This document shows positions 53,103 through 62,759 of a DNA stretch of 64,000 nt, piece by piece (the stretch's first letter is position 1; every line of letters begins with the position of its first letter). Origin of the DNA: Polyangiales bacterium. Its GTDB lineage: Bacteria > Myxococcota_A > Polyangia > Polyangiales > JADJQN01. Under the pieces are notes generated by a model. That model saw nothing but the letters and a program-made list of their open reading frames with translations. It was not told the origin of the DNA and ran no database searches. The position numbers and the translations under genes are program-made. The stretch covers positions 704,001 through 768,000 of the forward strand of contig CAXNJO010000001.1 in NCBI GenBank assembly GCA_964202905.1, read 5' to 3'.

Positions 53103-53802
53103 ATGCGCAGCGCCGCGCTCGCGCGCATCGTCGTCGCCGCGGGCGTGGCCCTGCTCGCCGCCTGTGGCGACGACGTCGCGCCCTCCGGCCTCGACGCGTC
53201 GTTCGACGGCGCGACCCTCGCCGTACGTTCTGCGAGGATCTCGACGGCGTCGCGTCGGTCGCGTGCGGCGGCGACGACTGCGACGACACCGACGCGCCCC
53301 GGGGGGGCGAGCAGCACGTGGAGCGCGTGTTGCGCGGCCGACGAGGGCCCGACCGTCACGGGGACGTGCAGCGGCTGCGACGATGATCTCGACGGGCATA
53401 CGGACGAAGGCTTCGCCTGCGAGCAGAACGCGCTGCGCACCTGTCTCGTCACCGCGTGTGGCACCCCCGGAGTTCGTTCTTGCACGGCCACCTGCACCGA
53501 AGCGTCGGCCGAGCGCCGCGCGGTGGGCGAGTTCGGCAACCACTGCGACGACGATGTTCCGGCTCGAGGCTCAGGGCGCGGGCGCCTGGCAGCTCGAGGT
53601 CGCCAGCATCGCCGCGCAGGCCCTCAGACACGGTGATTTCCTCCGCGTCGGGGTGTTCGCCTCCACGACCGCGACACGCCGCGCCATCTATCGCTGGCGC
53701 CTCGGCGGCTCGAACGATTCGGGCACGGCCTCCGCCTCGGCGTCCGGAACCTGCCGCCCCGACCGCTCGTCCGTCATCACCTCGTGCGTCTGTGATGCAT
53801 GA
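53103..53802 (+). pseudogene. Degenerate/frameshifted Cys-rich lipoprotein
   Basis: Lipobox LAAC; fragments FCEDLDGVASVACGGDDCDD, CDDDLDGHTDEG and NHCDDD spread over three frames. Confidence 0.55.
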
Positions 53803-53869
53803 CGCGACTCGACATCCGCCGTCCGTGGGCCGCTTGTGACGGCGCACACTTCCGCACTACAGTCGCGGG

Positions 53870-54820
53870 ATGAGTCCTCCTCGCGCCGCCTCGCTTCGCA
53901 TCGCGTCTCTCACGCTCATGGTGGTCGCGCTCGCGCTCGCGGTCGCCGGGTGCGGTGCGGACCGGCGGCGTCCGGGGGTCGCGAGTCGGTTCGACGGGGG
54001 CAGCGGGGATGGCGGCGGGGGTGGCGGGCGCGATGCGATGATTCCCGATCTCGGGATTCCGCCGAGCAGCTGCGTCGCGGACGCGCGCTTCATCTATCTC
54101 GTCGACAGTGGCAATTCGCTGCTGCGTTTCGACCCGGAATCGCGGGCGATCACGCCGATTGGCACGCTCGCGTGCGCGCCGGGAGCATCACCCTTCTCGA
54201 TGGCCGTCGACCGCAACGCGAACGCGCTCGTGCTGCACAGCGACCGGCGCATCTATCAGGTGAGTACGAGCGACGCGAGCTGCACGCCGACGCCGTACGT
54301 ACCGGGCGCGATGGGCTTCGAGCTCTTCGGCATGGGCTTCGTCTCGGACGTCGCGGGCGGGGCGTCGGAGACGCTCTACATCGCGGGTGGGCCGGAGGCG
54401 GGCGTCGGCAGCGGGCGCGCGACGTTCGGCGCGATCCGCACGGCGGATTGGTCGGTGTCGACGATCGGCCCCGTCGCGGGCTCGCCCGAGCTCACCGGCA
54501 ACGGCGAGGCGGAGCTGTGGGGCTTCTTCCCCGACGCGATGCCGATGGCGGTGCGCCAGCTCGACAAGGCCACGGGCGCGACGCTGCGCGAGTTCGACGT
54601 GTCGTCGATCGACACGAGCTTCCTGCCGCTGCCGAATGCGTGGGCCTTCGCGTACTGGGGCGGCCGCTATTACATCTTCTATCTCGGCGCGCTCGGGACG
54701 AGCTCCTCGATCTTCCGCCTCACGCCGGACACGGGCGCCGTGGAGGTCGTGATTCCCGAGACGGGCTATCGCATCGTCGGCGCGGGCGTGTCGACGTGTG
54801 CGCCGACGATCCTGATCTGA
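53870..54820 (+). CDS. Lipoprotein, beta-propeller-like
   Basis: Lipobox VAGC; FSMAVDR, FGMGF, ELTGNGEAELWGFF, WAFAYWGG, YRIVGAGVSTCAP. Confidence 0.8.
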   Translation: MSPPRAASLRIASLTLMVVALALAVAGCGADRRRPGVASRFDGGSGDGGGGGGRDAMIPDLGIPPSSCVADARFIYLVDSGNSLLRFDPESRAITPIGTLACAPGASPFSMAVDRNANALVLHSDRRIYQVSTSDASCTPTPYVPGAMGFELFGMGFVSDVAGGASETLYIAGGPEAGVGSGRATFGAIRTADWSVSTIGPVAGSPELTGNGEAELWGFFPDAMPMAVRQLDKATGATLREFDVSSIDTSFLPLPNAWAFAYWGGRYYIFYLGALGTSSSIFRLTPDTGAVEVVIPETGYRIVGAGVSTCAPTILI

Positions 54821-54869
54821 GCGTGAATCGCCCCGCGCCGCGCGTGACGAACACCCTCCTGGGTGATGG

Positions 54870-57020
54870 TCAGAGCGTCTGACCCGTCCACGGCGCGGGC
54901 GGCGGTGACGGTGACGGCGCGGGCGCGTCGGTCGTGGGTGCGCGGGGCGACTCGGGCGGGACGCGCCAGTCGATGCCGTCGTCCGGGCGCGGCGGCACGA
55001 CGACCGTCGGCGGGGCGGGCTCGAGCACCTCGTGCGTGAGGACCATCGGCGTATCGCCGTCGCGCGCGGGGCGCCTGCGGCCGGCGGCGCGGGGCGAGTC
55101 GTTCGCGTCGACGAGGATCTGTGCGCGTAGCTGCAGGCCCGCGGTGGCGTCGTCGACCACGAAGAAGACCCCGTATTCGCCGGCCTGCGGGAAGGTGAAG
55201 CCGCCGAGCCAGGCGCCGTCGTCGCCGGGCGTCGCGCGGATTTCGCCGCGCAGGGGGCGTCCGGCCCGCGTCACACGGAAGCGCGGGTTCACGCCCGCGG
55301 GCAGCGTGGTGCCCCGAGCCAGCGTCGCGACGAGGGTCACCGCCTCGCCTGCGCGGGGCACGGCGGGGAGCGTGCGGACACCGGCCGTGGGGGCGGCGGC
55401 GTGCTCGTGCCGATCCACGATCGCCAGCCCCTCGCGGGCGCTCTGTGCTTCGGGGTCGAGGCGCAGCGCGCGGTCGTAGAGGGCGCGCGCTTCGTTCCAG
55501 CGCAGGGCCCCGCGCGCCTGATCGGCGTCGGCGACGAGCCGCAGCGCAGCGGCCGAGCGGAGGCGGAGCGCGTCTTCATCGCCGGGGTGGGCGAGCCAGA
55601 GCGCGCGCGTGAGCGTGAGCACGTCCTCGCCGGGCGCGGTGCGATGCGGGGAGGCGTCGTCCCAGGCGCCGACGTCGAAGGCCGCGCGCGCGCGCCGTGC
55701 GAGCGCGTCGCGGTCGACGGTGGCCGACTCGGCGCCACCCCAGCGCTTCGCGACGAAGGCACCGCCACCGACGGCGAACGCGCCGGTCAGAAAAGCCGCG
55801 ATCAACAGGTGTTTGCGCGTGCGCTGCCGTCGCCGTGGGAGACCGGCGATCTCGGGGGAGTCGTCGAAGCGGGGGTCGTCGCCCGTGTGTGTGGACGGGG
55901 TGTCGAGCGCCGCGTGGGTTGCGCCGTGTGGATCGACGCTGCTGCGTGCGGCGAGAGGGGGCGTGGTGGCGTGCGGGTCACGTGCTCCGCCGCGCGTCGT
56001 GTTCGCGTCGGGTGAGGGAGGCGCGAGGGATGGCGCGCCGGGCGGGAGCACGGCCGTGAGGCCCGCGCGTGCGGCAGCCTCGCGGAGCGCCTCCGCGAGG
56101 GCGCGTGCGTCGTCGAAGCGCGCGTCGGGGTTCTTGGCGAGGGTGCGTGCGACGACCTCCGCGATCGGCGCGGGGACGCCCGCCCCGCGGCCGCGCATGC
56201 GCACGTCGGGCGCGGACTCCTGCACGTGCTTCATCAGCAGCGCCACCGGCGAGGGCGCGTCGAAGGGCGTCTCGCCGCAGAGCAGCTGAAAGAGCAACAC
56301 GCCGATCGAGTAGACGTCACTGCGCGCGTCGGTGGCCTCCCCCGAGGCGCCCTCGGGGGAGATGTAGCGGGCCGTGCCGAAGATGAGACCCGATTGCGTC
56401 ACCATCGTCTGCTCGCCCCACAAAAAACGGGCGATCCCGAAGTCGAGCACCTTCACGACGTCCGCGTCGCGCCCGCGCGCGACGAGCTGCACGTTCTCGG
56501 GTTTCACGTCGCGGTGCACGACGCCCTGGCGGTGTGCCTCGCCGATCGCGTCGCAGATCTGCGTGGTGATGTGCACCGCGCGCGCCGGCGCCAGCGCACC
56601 CTCAGCGTGGATCACGTCGGCGAGCGAGCGCCCGTCGAGGTACTCCATCACGAGGAAGAGGCTGCCGTCGGGGAGCTGCCCGAAGAGGATCACGCGGACG
56701 ACGTTCGGGTGGTCGAGCGCCGCCGACACGCGCGCCTCACGCTGGAAGCGCCGTACGGCATCCGCGTTCTGCGTCAGCTCGCCGTGCAGGATCTTCACGG
56801 CGACGAGCCGCTCGACGCCGAGCTGCCGCGCCCGGTACACGGTGCCCATGCCGCCGGCGCCGATGCGCGCCTCGAGGTGGAACTGCCCGAGCAGCGTCTG
56901 CCCGATGTACGCGTCCTGCGCCGGGTCGTCGCCGAGCGGCGTGCCGTCCCGCGTGCAGAAGTCCGCCGACGCGTCGTAGCGCGCCCCGCAGCGGGCACAG
57001 GTTTTCGGGGACACGTCCAC
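54870..57020 (-). CDS. Membrane-spanning Ser/Thr protein kinase
   Basis: N-terminal CxxC...FCxxDG; IGAGGMGTVY, VAVK, HRDVKPEN, DFG, GTARYISPE, DVYSIG; TM plus TPR-like extracellular part. Start approximate. Confidence 0.95.
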   Translation of the reverse strand: MDVSPKTCARCGARYDASADFCTRDGTPLGDDPAQDAYIGQTLLGQFHLEARIGAGGMGTVYRARQLGVERLVAVKILHGELTQNADAVRRFQREARVSAALDHPNVVRVILFGQLPDGSLFLVMEYLDGRSLADVIHAEGALAPARAVHITTQICDAIGEAHRQGVVHRDVKPENVQLVARGRDADVVKVLDFGIARFLWGEQTMVTQSGLIFGTARYISPEGASGEATDARSDVYSIGVLLFQLLCGETPFDAPSPVALLMKHVQESAPDVRMRGRGAGVPAPIAEVVARTLAKNPDARFDDARALAEALREAAARAGLTAVLPPGAPSLAPPSPDANTTRGGARDPHATTPPLAARSSVDPHGATHAALDTPSTHTGDDPRFDDSPEIAGLPRRRQRTRKHLLIAAFLTGAFAVGGGAFVAKRWGGAESATVDRDALARRARAAFDVGAWDDASPHRTAPGEDVLTLTRALWLAHPGDEDALRLRSAAALRLVADADQARGALRWNEARALYDRALRLDPEAQSAREGLAIVDRHEHAAAPTAGVRTLPAVPRAGEAVTLVATLARGTTLPAGVNPRFRVTRAGRPLRGEIRATPGDDGAWLGGFTFPQAGEYGVFFVVDDATAGLQLRAQILVDANDSPRAAGRRRPARDGDTPMVLTHEVLEPAPPTVVVPPRPDDGIDWRVPPESPRAPTTDAPAPSPSPPPAPWTGQTL

Positions 57021-57183
57021 GTTTGCTCTCGCTCCGACGCTTGGCGGCGTAGCACCCGGCGCCCGCTGCGGCAGTGGACAGGCATGAGCCGGGCGGGGCG
57101 GGGACACGCGCCGCGCTTGCCGCGGTCGACGCCCGCGCGTTAGGGTGGCGCCCGTTCCGCTCGGCAGGGACGGAGGAGACTCG

Positions 57184-58464
57184 ATGACGTCCTCGTGGAG
57201 ATCGCTCGCGCCGCTGCTCGTGATGTTCGGGCTGCTCGCCGCGCCGTCCGTCGCCTTCGCCGACACCTCGGTGATCGTGCTCGGCATGCGCTCCGTCGAG
57301 GGCGACGACGAGTTCGCGCGCAACCTGACCGGGGCGCTGCGCCGTGCGGCCGAGCAGGTGCCTGGCCTGCGCGTCGTCGACCGCGACGTGTCGCTCGCGC
57401 AGATGATGCTGGTGTTCAGCTGTGACGAGCCGGACGCCGCGTGCCTGCAGCAGATCGCCGGCGAGCTCCGAGTCGCGCGCATCGTCTACGGCACCGCGCG
57501 CCGCACCGCGGCCGGCGACCAGTACAACTACGCGCTCGCGCTCTATTCGTTCGACGCGAGCGACAACGAGATCGACCAGCAGCTCACGGCCACCGTGCAG
57601 CGCGCGCGCAGCGACATCGACGACCTGCGCCCCGTGGCGCGTGGCTGGATGTCGGTGCTCGCCGGGCTGCCGCAGGTCGGCTCGATCGTGGTGCGTGGCG
57701 CGACGAATGGCGCGCAGGTGCTCGTCGACGGGGAGGCGGTCGGCGTCGTGGCGCGCGGGACGTTCACCGCGCGCGGCGTCCGTGCGGGCGGCCACCTCGT
57801 CGAGGTACAGGCCGAAGGGCAGCCGGGCTTCCGCCAGCGCGTGAGCGTCGAGGTCGGCGATACCATCACGCTCGATGCCCGTCGCGCTGCATCCGCCAGC
57901 GACGCGAGTGCGGCCGACGTGGCTGCCGGAGAGGCGTCGGGGGCCGAGGCGGTCGGTGTCGAGCTCGAGGCCGCGGGCGACGCAGATCCGGCCCCTGCCG
58001 AGGGCAGCGCGTCGCTCGGCACGGGCTTCTGGGTCGGCGTCGGCGCGTCGGTGCTCGGTGCGGCGATGATCGGGCTCACCGCCTACAGCTGGCTCGAGCT
58101 CGACGCGGTGGACGGCGACGCCGCGTGGCTCGCCTACCGCGGCGCGGCCGCGGCTCCCGGTCAGCCGAACGGCGTCGACGACATCTGCGTGCCGGCCGAA
58201 GCGGGCCTCGACCTCGGTACCCCCGCGGGCACCGTCGAGCGCGTGCGCTCGCTCTGCAGCACGGCGAACACGTTCGAGCCCTTGCAGTACGTCTTTCTCG
58301 GGCTCGGCATCCTCGGGCTCGGCGCGGGCATCTACCTCATCTCGACCGGCCTCGGCGGCGACGACGAGCGCGACGCGTCCGTCTCGCCCGCGGCGGGCAC
58401 GCTCTCGGTGCGCCCGGTGGTCGGGCTCCGGCAGGGCGGGCTCGAGGCGCGCCTCACCTTCTGA
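57184..58464 (+). CDS. PEGA domain secreted/outer-membrane protein
   Basis: GGAG RBS; signal peptide (SVAFA-D); GAQVLVDGEAVG...GGHLVEV PEGA; C-terminal GLEARLTF. Confidence 0.85.
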   Translation: MTSSWRSLAPLLVMFGLLAAPSVAFADTSVIVLGMRSVEGDDEFARNLTGALRRAAEQVPGLRVVDRDVSLAQMMLVFSCDEPDAACLQQIAGELRVARIVYGTARRTAAGDQYNYALALYSFDASDNEIDQQLTATVQRARSDIDDLRPVARGWMSVLAGLPQVGSIVVRGATNGAQVLVDGEAVGVVARGTFTARGVRAGGHLVEVQAEGQPGFRQRVSVEVGDTITLDARRAASASDASAADVAAGEASGAEAVGVELEAAGDADPAPAEGSASLGTGFWVGVGASVLGAAMIGLTAYSWLELDAVDGDAAWLAYRGAAAAPGQPNGVDDICVPAEAGLDLGTPAGTVERVRSLCSTANTFEPLQYVFLGLGILGLGAGIYLISTGLGGDDERDASVSPAAGTLSVRPVVGLRQGGLEARLTF

Positions 58465-58476
58465 GTCCCCCCGCGC

Positions 58477-59091
58477 ATGCGCATCATCGGCGGGGCGCTC
58501 GGCGGGCGCCGCTTCCACGGCCCGCCCCCCGGCGCCACGCGCCCGACCTCCGACCGCGTCCGTGAGGCCGTGGCCTCGGCGCTCGAGGCGCGCGACGCGA
58601 TCGCGGGGGCGCGCGTGCTCGACCTCTACGCCGGCACCGGTGCGCTCGCGCTCGAGGCGCTCTCGCGCGGTGCGCAGCGCGCCTGCTGCGTCGAGCGGGA
58701 TCGCCGCGTCGCCGCCGCGCTCGAGGCCTGCGCCCGCGAGCTCGGCCTCGCACCGCGCGTCGAGGTGGTCGTCGCCGCGCTCGCGCCCAAGCCCGCGTCC
58801 CCGCTCGCCGCGCGCCTCCGCCGCGCCGCGGGAGGTGTGGGCTTCGATCTCGTCTTCGCGGATCCGCCCTACGCCGAGATCGACGACGTGCCGCCGCTCC
58901 TCGAGCGGCTCGCCGCGCTCGGCGTGATCGCGCCCGATGCGCTCGTCGTGCTCGAGCACGCGACGCGCCAGCCGCCGCGCCCGCCGCCCGGGGGCGCGAC
59001 ATTCTTCACGCCCGACGCGGCTTACCGCTACGGTGACACCACCGTCCTCTTCCTGCGTCGCCGCAGTGAGCCCGAGGCCTCCGACCCATGA
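58477..59091 (+). CDS. rsmD: 16S rRNA m2G966 methyltransferase
   Basis: MRIIGG...[36 protein letters not shown]; adjacent to coaD. Confidence 0.95.
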   Translation: MRIIGGALGGRRFHGPPPGATRPTSDRVREAVASALEARDAIAGARVLDLYAGTGALALEALSRGAQRACCVERDRRVAAALEACARELGLAPRVEVVVAALAPKPASPLAARLRRAAGGVGFDLVFADPPYAEIDDVPPLLERLAALGVIAPDALVVLEHATRQPPRPPPGGATFFTPDAAYRYGDTTVLFLRRRSEPEASDP

Positions 59092-59567
59092 GCACCGCGA
59101 TCTACCCGGGGTCCTTCGACCCGATCACGAACGGCCACGTCAGCATCCTGCAGAGCGGGCTGCGCGCCTTCGACCGCATCGTGGTCGCCGTGCTGCACAA
59201 CCCGAAGAAGAGCGCGCTCTTCAGCGTCGAGGAGCGCATCACGATGATCCGCGAGGCGCTCGGCGACGACCCGCGCTTCGAGGTCGACACCTTCGAGGGG
59301 CTGCTCGTCGACTACGCCCGCAAGAAGCAGGTCAACGTCGTCCTGCGCGGCCTGCGCGCCGTCGCGGACTTCGAGTACGAGCTGCAGATGGCCAACATGA
59401 ACCGTCACCTCAACGAAGAGGTCGAGACGGTCTTCATCATGGCGAAGGACGCCTACTTCTACGTCTCGTCGAACCTCGTGAAGGAGGCCGCGCGCCTCGG
59501 CGGCGACGTCTCGAAGCTCGTCCCGGCGAGCGTCGACGCGCGCCTGCACGCGAAGCTGCGCGGCTGA
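59088..59567 (+). CDS. coaD: Pantetheine-phosphate adenylyltransferase
   Basis: [31 protein letters not shown]. Confidence 0.97.
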   Translation: MSTAIYPGSFDPITNGHVSILQSGLRAFDRIVVAVLHNPKKSALFSVEERITMIREALGDDPRFEVDTFEGLLVDYARKKQVNVVLRGLRAVADFEYELQMANMNRHLNEEVETVFIMAKDAYFYVSSNLVKEAARLGGDVSKLVPASVDARLHAKLRG

Positions 59568-59702
59568 ATCGCCATTCAGTGATGTGGGGCCGCGCCCCCG
59601 CGGGTCTGCACGCGACGCTGCGCGGCTGAATCGCCATTCAGTGATGTGGGGCCGCGCCCCCGCGGGTCTGCATGCGACGCTGCGCGGCTGAATCGCCATT
59701 CA
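59544..59702. repeat. 62-bp tandem repeat, ~2.6 copies, including the coaD 3' end; two hairpins per unit
   Basis: Units start at 59544, 59606 and 59668; contain CTGAAT-CGCC-ATTCAG and GGGGC-CGC-GCCCC inverted repeats. Confidence 0.9.
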
Positions 59703-59716
59703 TCGCCGCGGCGACG

Positions 59717-60859
59717 TCACGCGACGGGCCGTGCGGGGAAGGTCCGCGCCGCGCCCGCGGCCACGAGCGCGCGCAGCGCCCCGACGTCGGCGACGCCGAC
59801 GCGCCCCATGCGCAGCTCGTCGAGCGTCGTCTCGCCGGCTGCGAGCGCGCGGCGCACGCGCAGCCAGCCGTGCAGGTAGCCCGCGTCGCGCGCGACGCCC
59901 CCACCGCGGTACGCGCGCTCGCACACGGCGACGGCGGCGTCGGGCGCGAGTCCGTGCTCCCGCGTGAGCGTGAGCGCGCAGGCGCCGAAGGGCTCGCCCG
60001 CGTGCACGGCGTCGGTCGCGACCACGCGCGCGGCGAGCGTCCGCGCCCGCGTCGCGTCGAGGCAGCCCGCGCCCTCTTCGAGCGCGAGCGCGACGCCCTC
60101 CTGATCGGCGAAGGATCCCGCCGTGCCGACCTCCAGCAGACGCAGCGGCTGCATGCGCGCGTGGGCGGCGCTCACGAGGTGTCCGAACACCTCGTGCACC
60201 GCGAGCCGCCGCGCCTCGCGCGGGCCGAAGTCGCGCGCGGCGAGGAGGATCAGCCGGTCACCGGTCGCGGCGTTCGCGGCGAGCCGCGGCTCGACGCGCA
60301 CCGTCACCGCGAGCCCGGCCGCGGCGGCGGCCTCGCGCAGCACGCGCGCCGCGGAGGGCCCGCCGTGCGGATCGTCGGCGGGGAGCGTGCGCGGCTCCGG
60401 CGGCTCGGGCGCGGCGCGCAGCATCCGGCGCGCCTCCTCCGCGAGCGTGCGCGTGTCTCCGTCCGCGCCGACGATGCGCGCGTCGCCGCGCCCGTAGCGC
60501 TGCGCGGCGAGCGGCGGCACGGCGCGCGCGTCGCCGAGCGCCGCGAGGATGCGCAGCTCGAGCTCGAGCTCGTCGAGCCGCGTGAGGTAGAGCGTGGCCG
60601 CGGGCGAGTCGGGCGCGACGCGGCGCGCCTCGTCGAGCGCGTGCGCGGCCTCCGGCGGCAGCGGGCGCGGCGTGTAACGGAGCTGCGGTGTCGGGGCGCG
60701 CCCCGCGGCGACGTCGCGGATCAGCCGCGCGCGCTCCGCGTCTGCGCCGTCGACGGTGAGCGCGGGCAGCAGGCGCGCGGCCGTGGCGATACGCCCGAGC
60801 AGCGCGTCGAGGTGCGCGCGCGCGGCCTCGGGGCCCGGCTTCGCGCGCCGTGTCGCCAT
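59717..60859 (-). CDS. DUF1704 / QEGLA-motif metallopeptidase (MATCAP-like carboxypeptidase domain)
   Basis: HEVFGH (HExxxH) and QEGVA motifs; YRGGG..RD..YLHG. Confidence 0.8.
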   Translation of the reverse strand: MATRRAKPGPEAARAHLDALLGRIATAARLLPALTVDGADAERARLIRDVAAGRAPTPQLRYTPRPLPPEAAHALDEARRVAPDSPAATLYLTRLDELELELRILAALGDARAVPPLAAQRYGRGDARIVGADGDTRTLAEEARRMLRAAPEPPEPRTLPADDPHGGPSAARVLREAAAAAGLAVTVRVEPRLAANAATGDRLILLAARDFGPREARRLAVHEVFGHLVSAAHARMQPLRLLEVGTAGSFADQEGVALALEEGAGCLDATRARTLAARVVATDAVHAGEPFGACALTLTREHGLAPDAAVAVCERAYRGGGVARDAGYLHGWLRVRRALAAGETTLDELRMGRVGVADVGALRALVAAGAARTFPARPVA

Positions 60860-60861
60860 CG

Positions 60862-62193
60862 TCAGAGCAGCTCGGTCGCGCGCTCGGCGAGCTCGGAGCG
60901 CTCGCCCTTCGTGAGCGTGACGTGCCCCGCGATGTGCTCGCGCTTGAAGCGCTCCGCCACGACGGAGAGCCCGTTCGAGGCGGCGTCCACGTACGGGTTG
61001 TCGATCTGGTCGGGGTCGCCCGTCAGCACGATCTTCGTGTCCGAGCCGCAGCGCGTGATGATCGTCTTGACCTCGTGCGGCGTGAGGTTCTGCGCCTCGT
61101 CCACGATGAGGAACTGGTTCGGCAGCGAGCGCCCGCGGATGTACGTGAGCGGCTCGACCTCGATGACGCCGCTCGCGACGAGCTCGGCGTAGCTGCGCCC
61201 CTCGCCCGCGCGTCCGCGGCCGGTCGCGAAGATGTACTCGAGGTTGTCGAAGATCGGCTGCATCCAGGGGTTGAGCTTCTCTTCGAGGTCGCCGGGCAGG
61301 TAGCCGACGTCGCGGCCCAGCGGGAAGATCGGGCGCGACACGAGCAGCCGCGCGTACACGCCCTCGTCGATGACCTTCTTGAGGCCCGCGGCGATCGCGA
61401 GCAGCGTCTTGCCCGTGCCCGCCTTGCCCACGAGGGTCACGAGGTTGATCGAGTCGTCGAGGAGCACGTCGAGCGCGAAGTTCTGCTCGAGGTTGCGCGG
61501 CCGCACGCCCCACGCGCCGTCGCGCGCGACGCGCAGCGGGCGCACGAGATCCTTACGCGCGTCGAAGCGACCGAGCGCGGTGTGGCTCGGGTTCTCGGCG
61601 TCGCGCAGGACGAGGCAGGCGTTGGGGAAGAGCGCGGCGCCCTGCGCGCCGAGGTCCGCGAGCGGCACCTCGCCCTTGCCGCCGAGCTGATCGACCACGC
61701 CCGCGTCGACCGCGAGCTCGAGCGTGCCCGTGTACAGGTCGTCGTACGAGATGCGCGCGTTCTCGTAGTTCTCCGCGCGCAGGCCGAGCGCGTCGGCGCG
61801 GATGCGGAGGTTGGCGTCCATCGTGACGAACACCGTCGGCGTGCCGGAGTGCGTGTCGCGCTCGGTGATGGCCGTCTGCACGATCGCGTGGTCCATCGCG
61901 GCGTTGTCGAGCTTCTTCAGCGCGAGCACGTCCTTCGGCACCGCGACGCGCAGGCGCCCGCCCCCCGCGAGACGACAACCTTCTTGCAGTGTCCCGCCCG
62001 TGGCCTCGCGCAGCTCGTCGAGCGTGCGGGTGAACGTGCGCGCGTTGCGCCCGACCTCGCTCATCTCGCGCTTGAACTGGTCGATCTCCTCGATGACGTG
62101 GATCGGGATGACCACGTCGTTGTCCTCGAACTTGTCGATCGCGCGCGGGTCGTGGAGCAGCACATTGGTGTCGAGGACGTAGATCTTTTTCAC
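60862..62193 (-). CDS. PIN-PhoH protein (PhoH2/YlaK-like)
   Basis: YVLDTNVLLHDP PIN start, DANLRIRA, PRNLEQ, GKAGTGKT, GYLPG, YIRGRS, IVDEAQN, GDPDQID. Confidence 0.93.
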   Translation of the reverse strand: MKKIYVLDTNVLLHDPRAIDKFEDNDVVIPIHVIEEIDQFKREMSEVGRNARTFTRTLDELREATGGTLQEGCRLAGGGRLRVAVPKDVLALKKLDNAAMDHAIVQTAITERDTHSGTPTVFVTMDANLRIRADALGLRAENYENARISYDDLYTGTLELAVDAGVVDQLGGKGEVPLADLGAQGAALFPNACLVLRDAENPSHTALGRFDARKDLVRPLRVARDGAWGVRPRNLEQNFALDVLLDDSINLVTLVGKAGTGKTLLAIAAGLKKVIDEGVYARLLVSRPIFPLGRDVGYLPGDLEEKLNPWMQPIFDNLEYIFATGRGRAGEGRSYAELVASGVIEVEPLTYIRGRSLPNQFLIVDEAQNLTPHEVKTIITRCGSDTKIVLTGDPDQIDNPYVDAASNGLSVVAERFKREHIAGHVTLTKGERSELAERATELL

Positions 62194-62243
62194 GCTCCGG
62201 ACGGTAGCAGACGCGTGCGCCGTCTCGGCGTGTCGGCGCGCGC

Positions 62244-62759
62244 TCATCGCTTGCCCCGCGCGCCGCGCCGCGCGAGCGCCTCGTCGTAGGCGGCGCGCAC
62301 GGCGCGGAACTCGGCCGCGTCGCCGCCCTGATCGGGGTGCGTCTCGAGCGCGCGGCGTCGGAACGCGCGCTTGATCTCGTCGGGCGAGGCGAGCCGCTCG
62401 ACGCCCAGCACCGACCACACCGAGCGCGGCGTGGACCCCGGCGGCGGCGCGGGACGGGGTGCCCGCGGAGCGCCGTCGAGCGCGGCGAGGTCCCGCGGCG
62501 TGAACGGCGCCTGCCCGCGCAGGATGCGGTTCCACGCGTTCGCCCAGCGGAAGTCGAGCTCGCGGAGCGCGCGTCCCGCGGCGCGCTCGGCCTCGCGCCG
62601 GGCCTCGTCCATCGACGCTGCGCCGCCGTGCGAGGCGTCGGGCCTGCGGAAGGGCGTGCGCGTCGGCGCGCCCGTCCACCAGGCGGCCCAGAAGAAGCGC
62701 CCGCGCCGCGTGGGCGTGATCGAGACCAGCCCCGTGCCGAGCGCGCTCCGCTCCGTCAC
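62244..62759 (-). CDS. J-domain (DnaJ-like) protein
   Basis: C-terminal WSVLGV...EIKRAFRRRALETHPDQGGDAAEFRAVRAAY. Confidence 0.88.
   Translation of the reverse strand: MTERSALGTGLVSITPTRRGRFFWAAWWTGAPTRTPFRRPDASHGGAASMDEARREAERAAGRALRELDFRWANAWNRILRGQAPFTPRDLAALDGAPRAPRPAPPPGSTPRSVWSVLGVERLASPDEIKRAFRRRALETHPDQGGDAAEFRAVRAAYDEALARRGARGKR

Noticed and set aside
59544..59702. attL/attR of an element integrated in coaD
   Set aside because: The copies are directly adjacent, with no cargo and no integrase in the window.
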